Of a stretch of DNA of 64,000 nt, positions 9,963 to 20,167 are shown piece by piece (position 1 is the first letter of the stretch; every line of letters starts with the position of its first letter). The stretch is from the IMG/VR virus record IMGVR_UViG_3300044657_000873. The stretch is one strand, 5' to 3'. The translations under genes were made by a program, and so were the position numbers. Origin of the DNA: an uncultured virus (IMG/VR IMGVR_UViG_3300044657_000873). Lineage: Duplodnaviria > Heunggongvirae > Uroviricota > Caudoviricetes. Under the pieces are notes generated by a model. That model saw only the letters and a program-made list of their open reading frames with translations. It made no database searches and was not told the origin of the DNA.

Positions 9963-10669
9963 TTAGCAGACCCCCTAAACAATAAGTGTGTCTTACGAAT
10001 TAACTCTGGATTAATTGTGTGGCAGAAGTAATAGTGGTAACATTTCCTATCCCAAGAATCTCTTAGTTCCTGTTCATTACCAGCTAGGACTCTATGTCCA
10101 TCCCCCGTTGGCTCGATACCTTCTGAACAAAGATACTGGGCGAGACTTACATCGTCTATCATTTTCCAACCATCTAAATTGATCTTATCTTGATTTTCTA
10201 CTATCAATTCTACAACATCTCTACTGAACAACATACATGCACCAGAGATGAATGGAATACCTTCGTGCTTACCAAGAATACCTCCGAAATACTTTTCTTT
10301 CGGCCTGTCCTGCAAAAATTCATACAACAAGTCTGTTTTGACGTAGCTACCGCAGTTTGGTCTAAAAACATAGTCCAAATCTGGGTATTTCAATAAGGCA
10401 CATTCCATGCCCTTAATTGTCTTGATAAGTAGATTCGCTCTATGTTCCTCTGTATTTATCAGAAGATCATTTTCTTGAGTGAGTGTCCACTCTCCTTCTT
10501 TTACTTTTTCTGTAATGTAAGGTTGGTATGTTTTACCCCAAGTAGCGATAACTTCTACATTAGGGTGCCTGTTTGCGATCCATGTTTCTTTACAGGCAGT
10601 TACCATGTCCATATAAGAACGACCATTTTCCTCATTGTTCGAGGCGAGCATAAGTCCGACTATTCTCAT
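9959..10669 (-). CDS. Glycosyltransferase, GT31/Fringe-like
   Basis: LIKTIKG, DYVFRPN, FISGACMLFSRD, DDV. Confidence 0.7.
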   Translation of the reverse strand: MRIVGLMLASNNEENGRSYMDMVTACKETWIANRHPNVEVIATWGKTYQPYITEKVKEGEWTLTQENDLLINTEEHRANLLIKTIKGMECALLKYPDLDYVFRPNCGSYVKTDLLYEFLQDRPKEKYFGGILGKHEGIPFISGACMLFSRDVVELIVENQDKINLDGWKMIDDVSLAQYLCSEGIEPTGDGHRVLAGNEQELRDSWDRKCYHYYFCHTINPELIRKTHLLFRGSAK

Positions 10670-11526
10670 AGCATCTCCAATATTTGTTGTGCCCTATTTT
10701 TATAGGTATGGTTTTGTTTAACGAGTTCATAGCCCTCCCTCGCAATGTCTTCTCTATAATTATCATTGTCAATTGCATATTTAGCTTTGTTAATCATTTC
10801 CATCGTATTGCTATAAGTAAGGCAGTTTACTCCGTCTTTAATTCCAAGCGGGCCGTAGGCGGAGTGTTCAGAGGTTAAAAGCATTGTTTGACAACCCATC
10901 GTTTCGAAGTTTCTGTAATTTACATCAACTCCAATATTAGCGTTCCAATGCACAAGATATGAATTGACTGCCTCAACCATGTCCGGCCCAATCACAAATT
11001 CGTCAAATCTAAACTGTGGGAAATTAGCCTTTAATATGTCAATGTATGGCTGTCTATTTACTACATTGCCACAGAAACCAATGCCATGACTTTTGTAGTC
11101 GATATTTTCTTCCCAGTAGTGTAAATTTTCTAACGGATAAATAATAGTGTCGTCGTAGCAATTTGGAAGCCAACAACCATCCTCTGCAAACATCGAGGAA
11201 GCATGTAGAACCTTGTCAAATCCATACTGCTCGTATACTCGCGAGCCTTTACAGTGTGCGTCAATCGCCCAGATAAATTTCTTGGTGTGTATTCTACTCA
11301 TATCTGGCATCCAGTCCCAGTTTTCAATAGCAATCACTAGATCGAAGTGGCTGAAATATTGGTCATACATTCGCTGGTCTGGATTTGGATCGAAACCATC
11401 GTGACCCTTACCCCAAATTTCTACTGTAGCACCATGATGCTCAAAACCACGCTTTAGACAAAAACATTCTCTAAAGTTTCTGTTTAGGTCATGATGACCG
11501 TTTTCTTGTATAATTAAGATTTTCAA
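10666..11526 (-). CDS. CgeB-like glycosyltransferase
   Basis: IGFCGN, NYRNFETMGC, HTYKNRAQQIL. Confidence 0.8.
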   Translation of the reverse strand: MKILIIQENGHHDLNRNFRECFCLKRGFEHHGATVEIWGKGHDGFDPNPDQRMYDQYFSHFDLVIAIENWDWMPDMSRIHTKKFIWAIDAHCKGSRVYEQYGFDKVLHASSMFAEDGCWLPNCYDDTIIYPLENLHYWEENIDYKSHGIGFCGNVVNRQPYIDILKANFPQFRFDEFVIGPDMVEAVNSYLVHWNANIGVDVNYRNFETMGCQTMLLTSEHSAYGPLGIKDGVNCLTYSNTMEMINKAKYAIDNDNYREDIAREGYELVKQNHTYKNRAQQILEML

Positions 11527-12149
11527 AATTGTGGCCTTTCTTTTTCATCAAATACTTGCCCAACGAAGTCTTGAGTATCCTCTCTCACGGTTGGAAATTC
11601 ATGCCCTACGCTAAAATATGGGTCATGAACAAATGTTTTATCTCGGACTATAGGCCAAACGACCTCTCTTAAAAAGTTCTGATCGTTCTGATATGTCTGA
11701 TCGTAGTCTCTCATATCATAGTTAAACACCATATCTCTGATGCCACTAAGGATGCCATTTCTACAACCCCACATTCCCGCAAGAATCTCTGTTTGGTGGT
11801 ATGGATGGTCACGCATGATGTGAAAGTCTTTATCACTAGCAAGCCATTCGTCTACTGCGGCTTTTTCTCTTGGGCTTAGCCGAGAGTCTGTATCTCTTGA
11901 AATAAAAACATCAGCCTTATCAGCAGACAGGAAACGCCAAAAGGTAGCGTTCCAGCCTGATCCATTCATTAGAATAACAGTGTTATCAGTGGATAGTGTA
12001 TCAATGACATCTTGCGGCACATCATCGCCAATATAAAAGTGGCACTCCCAACCCGGATAAATCTCAGGTGCGAGTTGTGCGTTTCTTATTGCACCGACAG
12101 TATATTTTGGATTGTCTCCCCATAGAGAGAAACCAATAACTTTAGTCAT
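11523..12149 (-). CDS. Glycosyltransferase-like protein
   Basis: FSLWGDNPKY, FWRF, SRDTDSR, HIMRDHPYH, AGMWG, DQNFL. Confidence 0.7.
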   Translation of the reverse strand: MTKVIGFSLWGDNPKYTVGAIRNAQLAPEIYPGWECHFYIGDDVPQDVIDTLSTDNTVILMNGSGWNATFWRFLSADKADVFISRDTDSRLSPREKAAVDEWLASDKDFHIMRDHPYHQTEILAGMWGCRNGILSGIRDMVFNYDMRDYDQTYQNDQNFLREVVWPIVRDKTFVHDPYFSVGHEFPTVREDTQDFVGQVFDEKERPQF

Positions 12150-12852
12150 TTGTTATCCTTTGCTTAGGGAAGCCCATCTTTTTACGCTCGTTAAACACAA
12201 GCTGATCTCGCCCAGAGTAGTGCAGGGTTTTTTGAACAGCGATATCTGCTTGATTATGATTCTCAGAACCTTCAATACTCCAATGCTCATGAGAGATAAT
12301 GACTTTATTGATATACTTCTCTTTACCCATACGTTTTACCTCTTGCGTGAACTCATCGTCGCAATAAAGGCTTTTGTAGTCTGGGTGATAGATGTAACCA
12401 AAATGGTCATACAATGCTTTTCCAAGAATAGAAAAGGTAATAAGTTCTCCATCTGTGTTCCCATCATTAAAATGAATACAACCATCTAGATCTGGAAAGT
12501 GTTCTTGCATGGCAATCGCAATCTCATTGTCCCAACCCAAAGCCTTGGGAACCATATCGTCGCTGGCACAAATAACGATGTCAAACTCATGCTCGTCGAT
12601 GTGATCGTTGATTGCACTGATCTTGTTGGTGTTCTCATCATAATTAACTACTCCACTTACATTAGACATCTTACCCAAGATAAACTTAATCCTTTCTTGG
12701 ATATAAGCATTTGTCATAGTTAAATCATTCAGATCACAATTAATGTTAAAAAATACGTCATGGTGAGGACTCACCGTCTCAACGTATTGGTCCAGCACAC
12801 GGAGGAACTTCTCCGATCTTCCGTATGTTGGGAATTGTACCAATAGTTTCAT
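12142..12852 (-). CDS. GT2-like glycosyltransferase
   Basis: FPTYGR, ASDDM, YCDDEF, HEH. Confidence 0.75.
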   Translation of the reverse strand: MKLLVQFPTYGRSEKFLRVLDQYVETVSPHHDVFFNINCDLNDLTMTNAYIQERIKFILGKMSNVSGVVNYDENTNKISAINDHIDEHEFDIVICASDDMVPKALGWDNEIAIAMQEHFPDLDGCIHFNDGNTDGELITFSILGKALYDHFGYIYHPDYKSLYCDDEFTQEVKRMGKEKYINKVIISHEHWSIEGSENHNQADIAVQKTLHYSGRDQLVFNERKKMGFPKQRITND

Positions 12853-13742
12853 TTCATATCCTTAATCAATGTTGGTAGTTGATTTTTTACGTTGTCAATT
12901 TTAGACATCGCATCTTTGTCACCCAAGAATTTCATTAATCTCCAAGCTCTATGAAATGGTGTATGCCTATTTTTGATTTGGTTTCTAATTTCACCCATTA
13001 AATTGTCTTCAGGGTTTGCCTCTTGGAAGACATTCTCCAAAAACTTATTGAAACCTTCTTGGTCCGAACTTATAATAACTGGATTGTCGGAATACATCGC
13101 CATGTCAAAGAACAACTGAGAGCAACACAAGTTATTGTCTCCAACTAAAGACATCTTGTCATACACTCTGTAAAGTTGGGAAAGGTTTCTGACATTTACC
13201 CTTATGTCAAAGTTGCTGTCTTTGTCTCCCTCCGTAATATATAATAGATTGAAAACGTCCTTTTCACCAATATAATTCTCAACATTTTCGTCAAATTTAT
13301 CAGAGATTATAGCTTCTGGCAAAATAGACTTAACATTTTGTTGAGGTGGAAGATTAAACAGGTCTGCCGCAGGTAGAAGGTTGTGTAGCTTGAGTTTTGT
13401 TTTTATTTTATTTTCAAGACTGTTCGTAAACAAGAAAGACACCTTGATACTCGACTTCTCTAGTTCTTTCTCGATAGAGTCAACTTGTGACTGAGATGCA
13501 CCAGTTACATTCAATACTAGAGAGCATCCATTATTCTGTTCCATGTATTGAAAAATGTCTTGACTAAATGTCTTGAAGTGCGTTACAAATACATCTGGCT
13601 TTGTAGTGTCAAAAACATCGTAAGCACTCATACTGGGATCGCCCCAAATAAAGCTCTCCACTCCGCACTTTTGCAATGCGTTATGAAGGTACAGAGGTTC
13701 TGTAGAGGTTGAACTTGCGTAATTATGGAACAAAATTTTCAT
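12849..13742 (-). CDS. Hypothetical (possibly degenerate GT-B) protein
   Basis: MKILF start, KPDVF, terminal HTPFHR resembling the CgeB end. Confidence 0.4.
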   Translation of the reverse strand: MKILFHNYASSTSTEPLYLHNALQKCGVESFIWGDPSMSAYDVFDTTKPDVFVTHFKTFSQDIFQYMEQNNGCSLVLNVTGASQSQVDSIEKELEKSSIKVSFLFTNSLENKIKTKLKLHNLLPAADLFNLPPQQNVKSILPEAIISDKFDENVENYIGEKDVFNLLYITEGDKDSNFDIRVNVRNLSQLYRVYDKMSLVGDNNLCCSQLFFDMAMYSDNPVIISSDQEGFNKFLENVFQEANPEDNLMGEIRNQIKNRHTPFHRAWRLMKFLGDKDAMSKIDNVKNQLPTLIKDMK

Positions 13743-14484
13743 TGGTTATCCTTTTGAGGGTTTTTATGTTGTCAATTTTAAATATTGGGTCAGAATCGTT
13801 TTCAAAAATACTTAGTTGCTTTCTGCCTTTCCATAAGTTTATAGCCTCAAACAGAAATTTGTTTTTAAGTTCTGCCTTGGATATTAAGTTGTAGAAAGAT
13901 TTTACGAGTGGCTCTCCTGTCAAGTACAGTAGCTCGGTCCATACATTGTCTTTAATCGCTAGAGACATATTTTCTAATCTTGAATCGTTTGGTATCACCC
14001 CTATCTCAAATGTGTCTTCTTTCTTTCCCACCTGAGTTAATATTGATGACTTTCTAAGATTAAGACTTTTCAAGAATTTTGGTGTCAGCACTACACCACC
14101 ACCGCATACTAATATCCTGTTGTTGGTCGTATTGTTCATGCATAATCTCAGACCCTCACAACAATTTGAATGATAATAAACTTGATTTTCTACTATTCTA
14201 ATGTTATAACTGCTTGGGAATTTAGAGTTTACAAAGTGGTAAACTTTGTTTGTTTCAAAACCTGAACATAAGATTATTTCGGACTCTAAAAAAACAGACT
14301 TAATCGCACTTACTTGTCTTTCTAATAACGTTTGACCTTCAAATTCTATCAAAGAGATGGAACCGTAAGACTTCATCCTGTAGCCATAATTTTCAGCCAG
14401 AAGTATTACAGTTATCTTCCCATCTCTGAGTAACCCAGAATTATTAGATCTAGCGTTTGTAATGAAGCTATTAGATTTTTTCAT
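13723..14484 (-). CDS. Sugar-phosphate nucleotidyltransferase-like protein
   Basis: VILLAENYGYRMKSYGSISL...TLLERQ (degenerate LAAGxGxRM...PK). Confidence 0.6.
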   Translation of the reverse strand: MKKSNSFITNARSNNSGLLRDGKITVILLAENYGYRMKSYGSISLIEFEGQTLLERQVSAIKSVFLESEIILCSGFETNKVYHFVNSKFPSSYNIRIVENQVYYHSNCCEGLRLCMNNTTNNRILVCGGGVVLTPKFLKSLNLRKSSILTQVGKKEDTFEIGVIPNDSRLENMSLAIKDNVWTELLYLTGEPLVKSFYNLISKAELKNKFLFEAINLWKGRKQLSIFENDSDPIFKIDNIKTLKRITNENFVP

Positions 14485-15190
14485 ATTTGCCCTGCTCCAT
14501 AGAGATTGTTTTCAAGCCTTTTACGGCTTTTTCATAGCTTCCATAATTGTAATATATTTGCTGAATGACACTCTTTAGCACGATGTGTATTGAATTATTT
14601 TCTATAAAACACAGTTGTTTCAGTTCGTCATTAAGCATTTTATCTACTACCTGAAAAACGTCTAGGTTAAATCTGTCTTTCACGTTCATCTTGACAAAAT
14701 AGGTAGCTTCTAACATTTTTTTAAACGTTTCATTGTCTCTTGCATTTGCTTCGTTGTGCAGATGTAGCACCAACTCTGCTGCGATAAAGTTTTCTTTTAA
14801 CATCATAAATCTATGCAATAGACTATCTGCATATTTTAGACCGCTAGGTGCTGAAATTACGATCTTCAGCTTTTCCTTTGGATATTTCAGAGACTCAAGA
14901 TGTTTACACAGTGCGTCAACCTCTTCAAAAGTATCTTCAGGCTTAAGAGATGCAATAATTCCGAATAGAGGCATTACATTGTATCTTTGCTTATCTATGT
15001 CACACTCTTCTTCCCTGTACATATTGCAAAACTGGGTCAATTCGTACACAGTCTCGCTTGCTGGCATACCAAACATTAATGTCTTCAAATCAGCCTTGCC
15101 TTTATCAATCAATTTCTGAAGGCGACCAACACTACATCCTGTTTGAACGCCTTCATTTTCCATCTTAAACACACACTTGCTACAATCCAT
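14471..15190 (-). CDS. Hypothetical protein with Cys-rich N-terminus
   Basis: CSKC...C...C; coupled ORF. Confidence 0.45.
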   Translation of the reverse strand: MDCSKCVFKMENEGVQTGCSVGRLQKLIDKGKADLKTLMFGMPASETVYELTQFCNMYREEECDIDKQRYNVMPLFGIIASLKPEDTFEEVDALCKHLESLKYPKEKLKIVISAPSGLKYADSLLHRFMMLKENFIAAELVLHLHNEANARDNETFKKMLEATYFVKMNVKDRFNLDVFQVVDKMLNDELKQLCFIENNSIHIVLKSVIQQIYYNYGSYEKAVKGLKTISMEQGKYEKI

Positions 15191-15609
15191 TATTTCCTCA
15201 CTCCTTTAACCTCGTAGTGTAGTCCATCCATATGCACAGTGAGGATTTCTAACCCTAGACTTTTCAATGCCTCTACAGCCATATCAGAGGTAGACATGGA
15301 ATATGTAGCGGTAATAATTTGACACGCACTCTCTACATCAAGAAGACCGTTCGCCAGAAATTTATAGAAAAATCTAACGTCTGTTCCACCAATAGAAACT
15401 TCACCGCCGAGCCTAAGTTTGGATACTAATGCTTGACAAACCTGCCGCACAGTATTAGAACTGAAAGAATCCATTAAATCTGCCGCTAGAATAGATTCAC
15501 AAGAATTGTCTACAATATGGGACAACTCAAGCGAATTAGGCTGTGTAATTTGTGCTACCTCGTAGCCGCCAATCGTATCTTGCTCTGGTCTGATAATTTG
15601 TAGTTTCAT
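15190..15609 (-). CDS. Degenerate methyltransferase-like protein
   Basis: DNSCESILA...SKLRLGGEV. Confidence 0.45.
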   Translation of the reverse strand: MKLQIIRPEQDTIGGYEVAQITQPNSLELSHIVDNSCESILAADLMDSFSSNTVRQVCQALVSKLRLGGEVSIGGTDVRFFYKFLANGLLDVESACQIITATYSMSTSDMAVEALKSLGLEILTVHMDGLHYEVKGVRK

Positions 15610-16586
15610 TTAATTACTCCATATGTTTTGTCAAAAGTAGTGTTCCACTCATTAATAAACCTATCTTCTGAGAACCTTTCTAGAATAGTTTGTCTGGCAG
15701 ATTCTCCTATTTTCTTTGCTAGTTCTGGATCAGCTAATAGTTTTTCGATATAACCTCTCAATTCGCCCTCATCGTTGCTCAGAAAGCCGTTCTCGCCGTG
15801 TTTAATAATATTTGGAATATCACACGTATTCGTAGAAACGACCGCACAGCCGCACGACATGGCTTCTAACATGGATGTAGGAACAGGACTGAGAGTGCTT
15901 GGATTAATATAAACCAAAGACTCTTGATACTGCTTCACCAACTCATCCACCGATGCTGCTGCTTTGGATAACCCTTCTGTCTCTCCAACTACAACTCTAT
16001 TCATCCCATCTGTAATCCTATTCCAACCATTGAAATTTAAAGCATAGTCACGATTAATAAAGTCGTGAGCAACGGTTAGGACTTGAGGTTTACGTTCAAC
16101 GTCAGACGGTTTAAATAACTCTGCATCAATAGAGTGGTAAATCACTTCACCGGGAATACCCCATTTACTTTTAGAATATTCCGTAATAAATACATTGACA
16201 TCACCACGCATTTTCTGGAATTGCAGAAGATGCTCCGCAGGCCAGTTAAGATGTGGCAACGTATGCTCTAAGCACAATACTGGCAACTGCAAAGAAGAGT
16301 TAATCTGTTCAGCAATTTGATATTGTCCAAATTTACTATTGACAAAAATAAAGTCAAAGGTTACACCCGGAAAAACAGAATTTTTGGGAAGTTGATAGTA
16401 ATTACTTGGCATGGGTGCATGTTCAGTAAGCCAATCTTTCCCGCCATCAAAATTAAATGCGTAAAAATTATGACCAGTCTTTGCAACTTGAGTCTGGTAA
16501 CGCTCATGAGTATTGAAGGTTAGGATGTTATAAACCTTGTCTTTTGGCCTTTGCACTTTTTGAATCAAAGAGTGAATTTTAAGCAT
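15606..16586 (-). CDS. GT4 family glycosyltransferase
   Basis: SMLEAMSCGCAVVST, IKHGENGF, RFSEDRF. Confidence 0.88.
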   Translation of the reverse strand: MLKIHSLIQKVQRPKDKVYNILTFNTHERYQTQVAKTGHNFYAFNFDGGKDWLTEHAPMPSNYYQLPKNSVFPGVTFDFIFVNSKFGQYQIAEQINSSLQLPVLCLEHTLPHLNWPAEHLLQFQKMRGDVNVFITEYSKSKWGIPGEVIYHSIDAELFKPSDVERKPQVLTVAHDFINRDYALNFNGWNRITDGMNRVVVGETEGLSKAAASVDELVKQYQESLVYINPSTLSPVPTSMLEAMSCGCAVVSTNTCDIPNIIKHGENGFLSNDEGELRGYIEKLLADPELAKKIGESARQTILERFSEDRFINEWNTTFDKTYGVIK

Positions 16587-17679
16587 TTAGATTCTCCTTC
16601 ATATAATTTCCTATATTTTCTAGCGACATTACTTCCAATATTTCAAATGCTTCTCTTTTTCTATTTACACTATAAATGACTGGGTTTTCTGACCAAGCAC
16701 TGTACAATTTTCTCATCGTCTCTTTCATTTCTTTTTCGCAAGGTATGATAACATAGTCCTTGCCATTGTTCAAATCCGGCCACATTTTTGATCGGTTTGT
16801 ATTTGTTTGATAGATAGATGCTACAACACATTCATAATCATAAAAGTATTCCTCTGCGTCTGTTGAATTTGGTACAATTGGTGTGTTGCCAAAGGCGAAG
16901 GCTTCAAACTCTTCTAGATTCAAAGTTCTTTGAGTTCCACAACTAACATAACAATCTGAAAAAATATGAAGTGGCTCATGAGACCCGCTTAGTCTTGGAA
17001 CGAATACGTCTTTCCTGTAATCGGATGCTTGCGGCTTGAGTCCTAAGTCTGTTTTTACCTTTTCAATCTTCTGGTCGATAAGTTGCTTGTTACATGATTC
17101 GTCTACACCTAACAGGAGTACAACATTATCTGTGTCATCAAACTCGGAATGGAAACATCTCAATACTCTTTCTACTCCATCACCCTCATTATTGATAATG
17201 GTATAGAATCTGAACTTATCTTTTGTTTCAATCCCCCCATTTATTGCACTAGTAGTGGCTTTGTAGTTATCTTTGTTAAATGCATATGGGACTCGTTTAA
17301 TCTTATCTTCGATAGGCGTATCCTTAAAAGCAATTTCAGCCCCCGCACTTGGAACCCAAATCTGATCGAAACGATCTAGCTTTTCTATAATAGTAGAGTG
17401 TTTAGCTTCAACAAATTCATTTGCTAAAATAGCGATGTTTTTCTTGAATTTAGACGATGGAAGCATATGGTCTGGGAATAAGTGCTGTATACAAACATCG
17501 CAATCTTCAATGTCTTTTTCTTCAAACCTTCTCATTTCTTCTGGAGTATGGTCGATGCCAAATACAATTGACCGACATGCAACATCTACGCCAGCAGAAT
17601 CTAGGGCTAGAATGTTGTTCCTAGCAATCTTACCCCAATCGCTATGTTCTTTGTAATATCCAATGTATAAAACTTTCAT
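16579..17679 (-). CDS. GT4-like glycosyltransferase
   Basis: DQIWVPS, FEAFAFGNTPI. Confidence 0.7.
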   Translation of the reverse strand: MKVLYIGYYKEHSDWGKIARNNILALDSAGVDVACRSIVFGIDHTPEEMRRFEEKDIEDCDVCIQHLFPDHMLPSSKFKKNIAILANEFVEAKHSTIIEKLDRFDQIWVPSAGAEIAFKDTPIEDKIKRVPYAFNKDNYKATTSAINGGIETKDKFRFYTIINNEGDGVERVLRCFHSEFDDTDNVVLLLGVDESCNKQLIDQKIEKVKTDLGLKPQASDYRKDVFVPRLSGSHEPLHIFSDCYVSCGTQRTLNLEEFEAFAFGNTPIVPNSTDAEEYFYDYECVVASIYQTNTNRSKMWPDLNNGKDYVIIPCEKEMKETMRKLYSAWSENPVIYSVNRKREAFEILEVMSLENIGNYMKENLNA

Positions 17680-18308
17680 TATTTTTTCCTCCTAATTGCC
17701 CAATCAGGAAATGGCATATCGCTACTAACTAAGGCACACATCCCAACTACCGGATTGGATTCTAAATATTCGTCTACGGCCTGTTTAATTCCGTATCCAA
17801 GTTGATTGGTATAGGTAACACCCTCTTGAATAAACAACGTTTCCTGACTAATGTAATCGTGCCCACCCAAAACGCCTTCAGGTTGCACCTTAAGCACATA
17901 GCACTCGATGTCTTTCTTTACAGACTCATACAAATGACAACCATCTAAATAAATAAAGTCAAAGTATGCTGTTTCAAATTCATCGACTAGTTCATGAGAG
18001 TACCCTCTGTGGATATGAATTCTGCCTTCTGCAATTTCTTTTTCGTACTTTCTCTCCAGCACAATCTGCATGTTCACATTGCTGTGAGCAGTGGGTACAT
18101 TTCTCATATGACCTTCTTGATAGACCAGTCCATTGTCGAGATTCCAGTCCCAAGGGTCTAACAAGTGAAGCTCTGATGGCTCCAGAACTTTCATAATCTT
18201 TTCTGAAAAATGCCCATGCTCTACACCAATCTCCAGAACTTTCGGGTTTTCTGGAAGCAGTGTTTTGATGTAGTCTAGATAGTCATCTCTCGTATCTAAA
18301 ACTTTCAT
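17679..18308 (-). CDS. Methyltransferase (Methyltransf_24-like)
   Basis: LEIGVEHG, DFIYLDGCHLYESV, GGHDY. Confidence 0.85.
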   Translation of the reverse strand: MKVLDTRDDYLDYIKTLLPENPKVLEIGVEHGHFSEKIMKVLEPSELHLLDPWDWNLDNGLVYQEGHMRNVPTAHSNVNMQIVLERKYEKEIAEGRIHIHRGYSHELVDEFETAYFDFIYLDGCHLYESVKKDIECYVLKVQPEGVLGGHDYISQETLFIQEGVTYTNQLGYGIKQAVDEYLESNPVVGMCALVSSDMPFPDWAIRRKK

Positions 18309-19066
18309 ACCATTCCTTTTAAATCGTAGTCTTGAATGAACTCCATACCCGCAGAATTAAACTCGCCGTGAAAACCAAAAGAGTTATAACTAAACAGCAT
18401 ATTTCTATTAAAAATACCAAAAGGTGTTTGATGTTCTTTAGAAAATTGTGCTGCTAGTTCTGGTGGTGCAAACTTAATTCCTGCGGAGGTCATAGTGTCA
18501 TAATTGAAAACACAAATATTAAGGTCTTCGTTCTTGTGTTCCCATCCTAGTTTTGCTGATTCCTCTACAAATGCTCGTGTTCTCAAAGAAAACCCTCCGT
18601 TGCCAACAACGTTCGGGATTTCTTCTATGCGTCCAGCAACCATATCGCTCGCTTGAATGATGTGCATAGGCCAAGGGGCACCAATATAATCATACTGCAA
18701 GAAGCGATTATCCCACTTCTCTATATCTATTATAGTCGAGTCATGCTGAACATTCAAACAGAAATCGTCAAAAATATACTTATTAGTTTGCTGAACGAAA
18801 CTTTCGCAGAATCCACTTCGATTCGCGTCATCATTCTGAAGGTTGCCATTGAGATCGACACTCATATCACACACTTCGATATTGTGTCTATCAATGACTT
18901 GGCCGAATAAAGATAAATCAGTTTTAGAACTATCAGTAATCAGGACGCTACGTTTGAAGTCTACCTGATCCATCGCAATCAGCATGGCTCTGAGAGATTT
19001 CTCTACGTGCTCTGTACCCCAACAGAAAGTAAATACTGCTACATCTAGCAACTGCAATTTAGTCAT
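18305..19066 (-). CDS. DUF5672-like glycosyltransferase
   Basis: QHD, YDYIGAPW, VGNGGFSLR, NED, FGFH. Confidence 0.8.
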   Translation of the reverse strand: MTKLQLLDVAVFTFCWGTEHVEKSLRAMLIAMDQVDFKRSVLITDSSKTDLSLFGQVIDRHNIEVCDMSVDLNGNLQNDDANRSGFCESFVQQTNKYIFDDFCLNVQHDSTIIDIEKWDNRFLQYDYIGAPWPMHIIQASDMVAGRIEEIPNVVGNGGFSLRTRAFVEESAKLGWEHKNEDLNICVFNYDTMTSAGIKFAPPELAAQFSKEHQTPFGIFNRNMLFSYNSFGFHGEFNSAGMEFIQDYDLKGMV

Positions 19067-19170
19067 TTCTTTTTAACACTCCCAATCCATTGGAGATGCT
19101 CATTAATATCGCTACTCCTAGAACATTCCACATTATAATGTTCGTCTACTTTTTTATTTCCAGTAGTCAT
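19063..19170 (-). pseudogene. Internally deleted methyltransferase remnant
   Basis: N-terminal SDINEHL joined out of frame to C-terminal NGLGVLKRND*. Confidence 0.65.
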
Positions 19171-20167
19171 AAATCCCCTTGTGTACTTCGTACTGCATCT
19201 TCTTAGTTTCTCTTTTTGGCTGAACGATGGCCCATTTGAACATTTCATCAACCGTTTCTTCTAGATTAGTGTCGTCGCTAAAGTTCAACATCTCTTTCGC
19301 TTTGGAGTGGTCGCAAAAAGCGTGTTTAGCTTCGTGACGACCCTCTACGTGCTTCTTCTCTGCTTCAAAACCATTCTTCCAAGCTACACGTTGAACTGTA
19401 TTTGCAAGCTCATTAATTGTGTACGCCCTGTCTGCACCAATATTGAAAAGTTCATTATCGTGACCGTCGATAAGTTGCTCAAAAGGTTTCATGTAATACT
19501 TGATGTCAGAAAACGCACGAGTCTGTTCGCCATCTCCGTAGATGAGCATTGGTTCACCATCAAGGATGCGACGAATAAAAATGCCTGCAACGTTACGATA
19601 TTTGTCCCAGATATTTTGATAGATACCAACGACATTATGTGGACGAATGATATTATAGCGTAATCCGTGTTGCTGATTTGCAACTTTGATATCTTGTTCA
19701 ACAGTGTACTTTGCAATACCATAAGGGTCGATTGGTTCTGGAGTCATTTGCTCGAAAAATGGTGCGGAATGGTTTCCGTAAACAGCCATACTGCTAGTGA
19801 AGATCAGCTTTACGTTGTTGTTGATACAGGCGTTGATAACGGCAGCGGAGGCCAGAACATTGTTCTTGTAGTTGAACGTGCGGATAAAGGGCGACAATCC
19901 TTCCGCAGCATACGCTGCGAAGTGATAGCAAGCCACGACATCTCTACGGGGATCAAAGATATGCTCAAGTGATTTTGGAGTCCATGAACCATCTGTCAAA
20001 TCCAAGGGCCAGAATTCAAACCCCTCTTTAAGTTCTGATGGTAAATAATCAGCGTACCCACCACTAAGGTCATCAATACCAATGACCCTATACCCCTTGC
20101 TTAAAAGGTGCCGACTAAAATGAGAACCAAGTAGTCCTGCACATCCTGTTACTACGATTGTTTTCAC
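19154..20167 (-). CDS. NAD-dependent sugar epimerase/dehydratase
   Basis: TGCAGLLG, TSSMAVYG, YGIAK, YGDGEQTRAF. Confidence 0.9.
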   Translation of the reverse strand: MKTIVVTGCAGLLGSHFSRHLLSKGYRVIGIDDLSGGYADYLPSELKEGFEFWPLDLTDGSWTPKSLEHIFDPRRDVVACYHFAAYAAEGLSPFIRTFNYKNNVLASAAVINACINNNVKLIFTSSMAVYGNHSAPFFEQMTPEPIDPYGIAKYTVEQDIKVANQQHGLRYNIIRPHNVVGIYQNIWDKYRNVAGIFIRRILDGEPMLIYGDGEQTRAFSDIKYYMKPFEQLIDGHDNELFNIGADRAYTINELANTVQRVAWKNGFEAEKKHVEGRHEAKHAFCDHSKAKEMLNFSDDTNLEETVDEMFKWAIVQPKRETKKMQYEVHKGIYDYWK

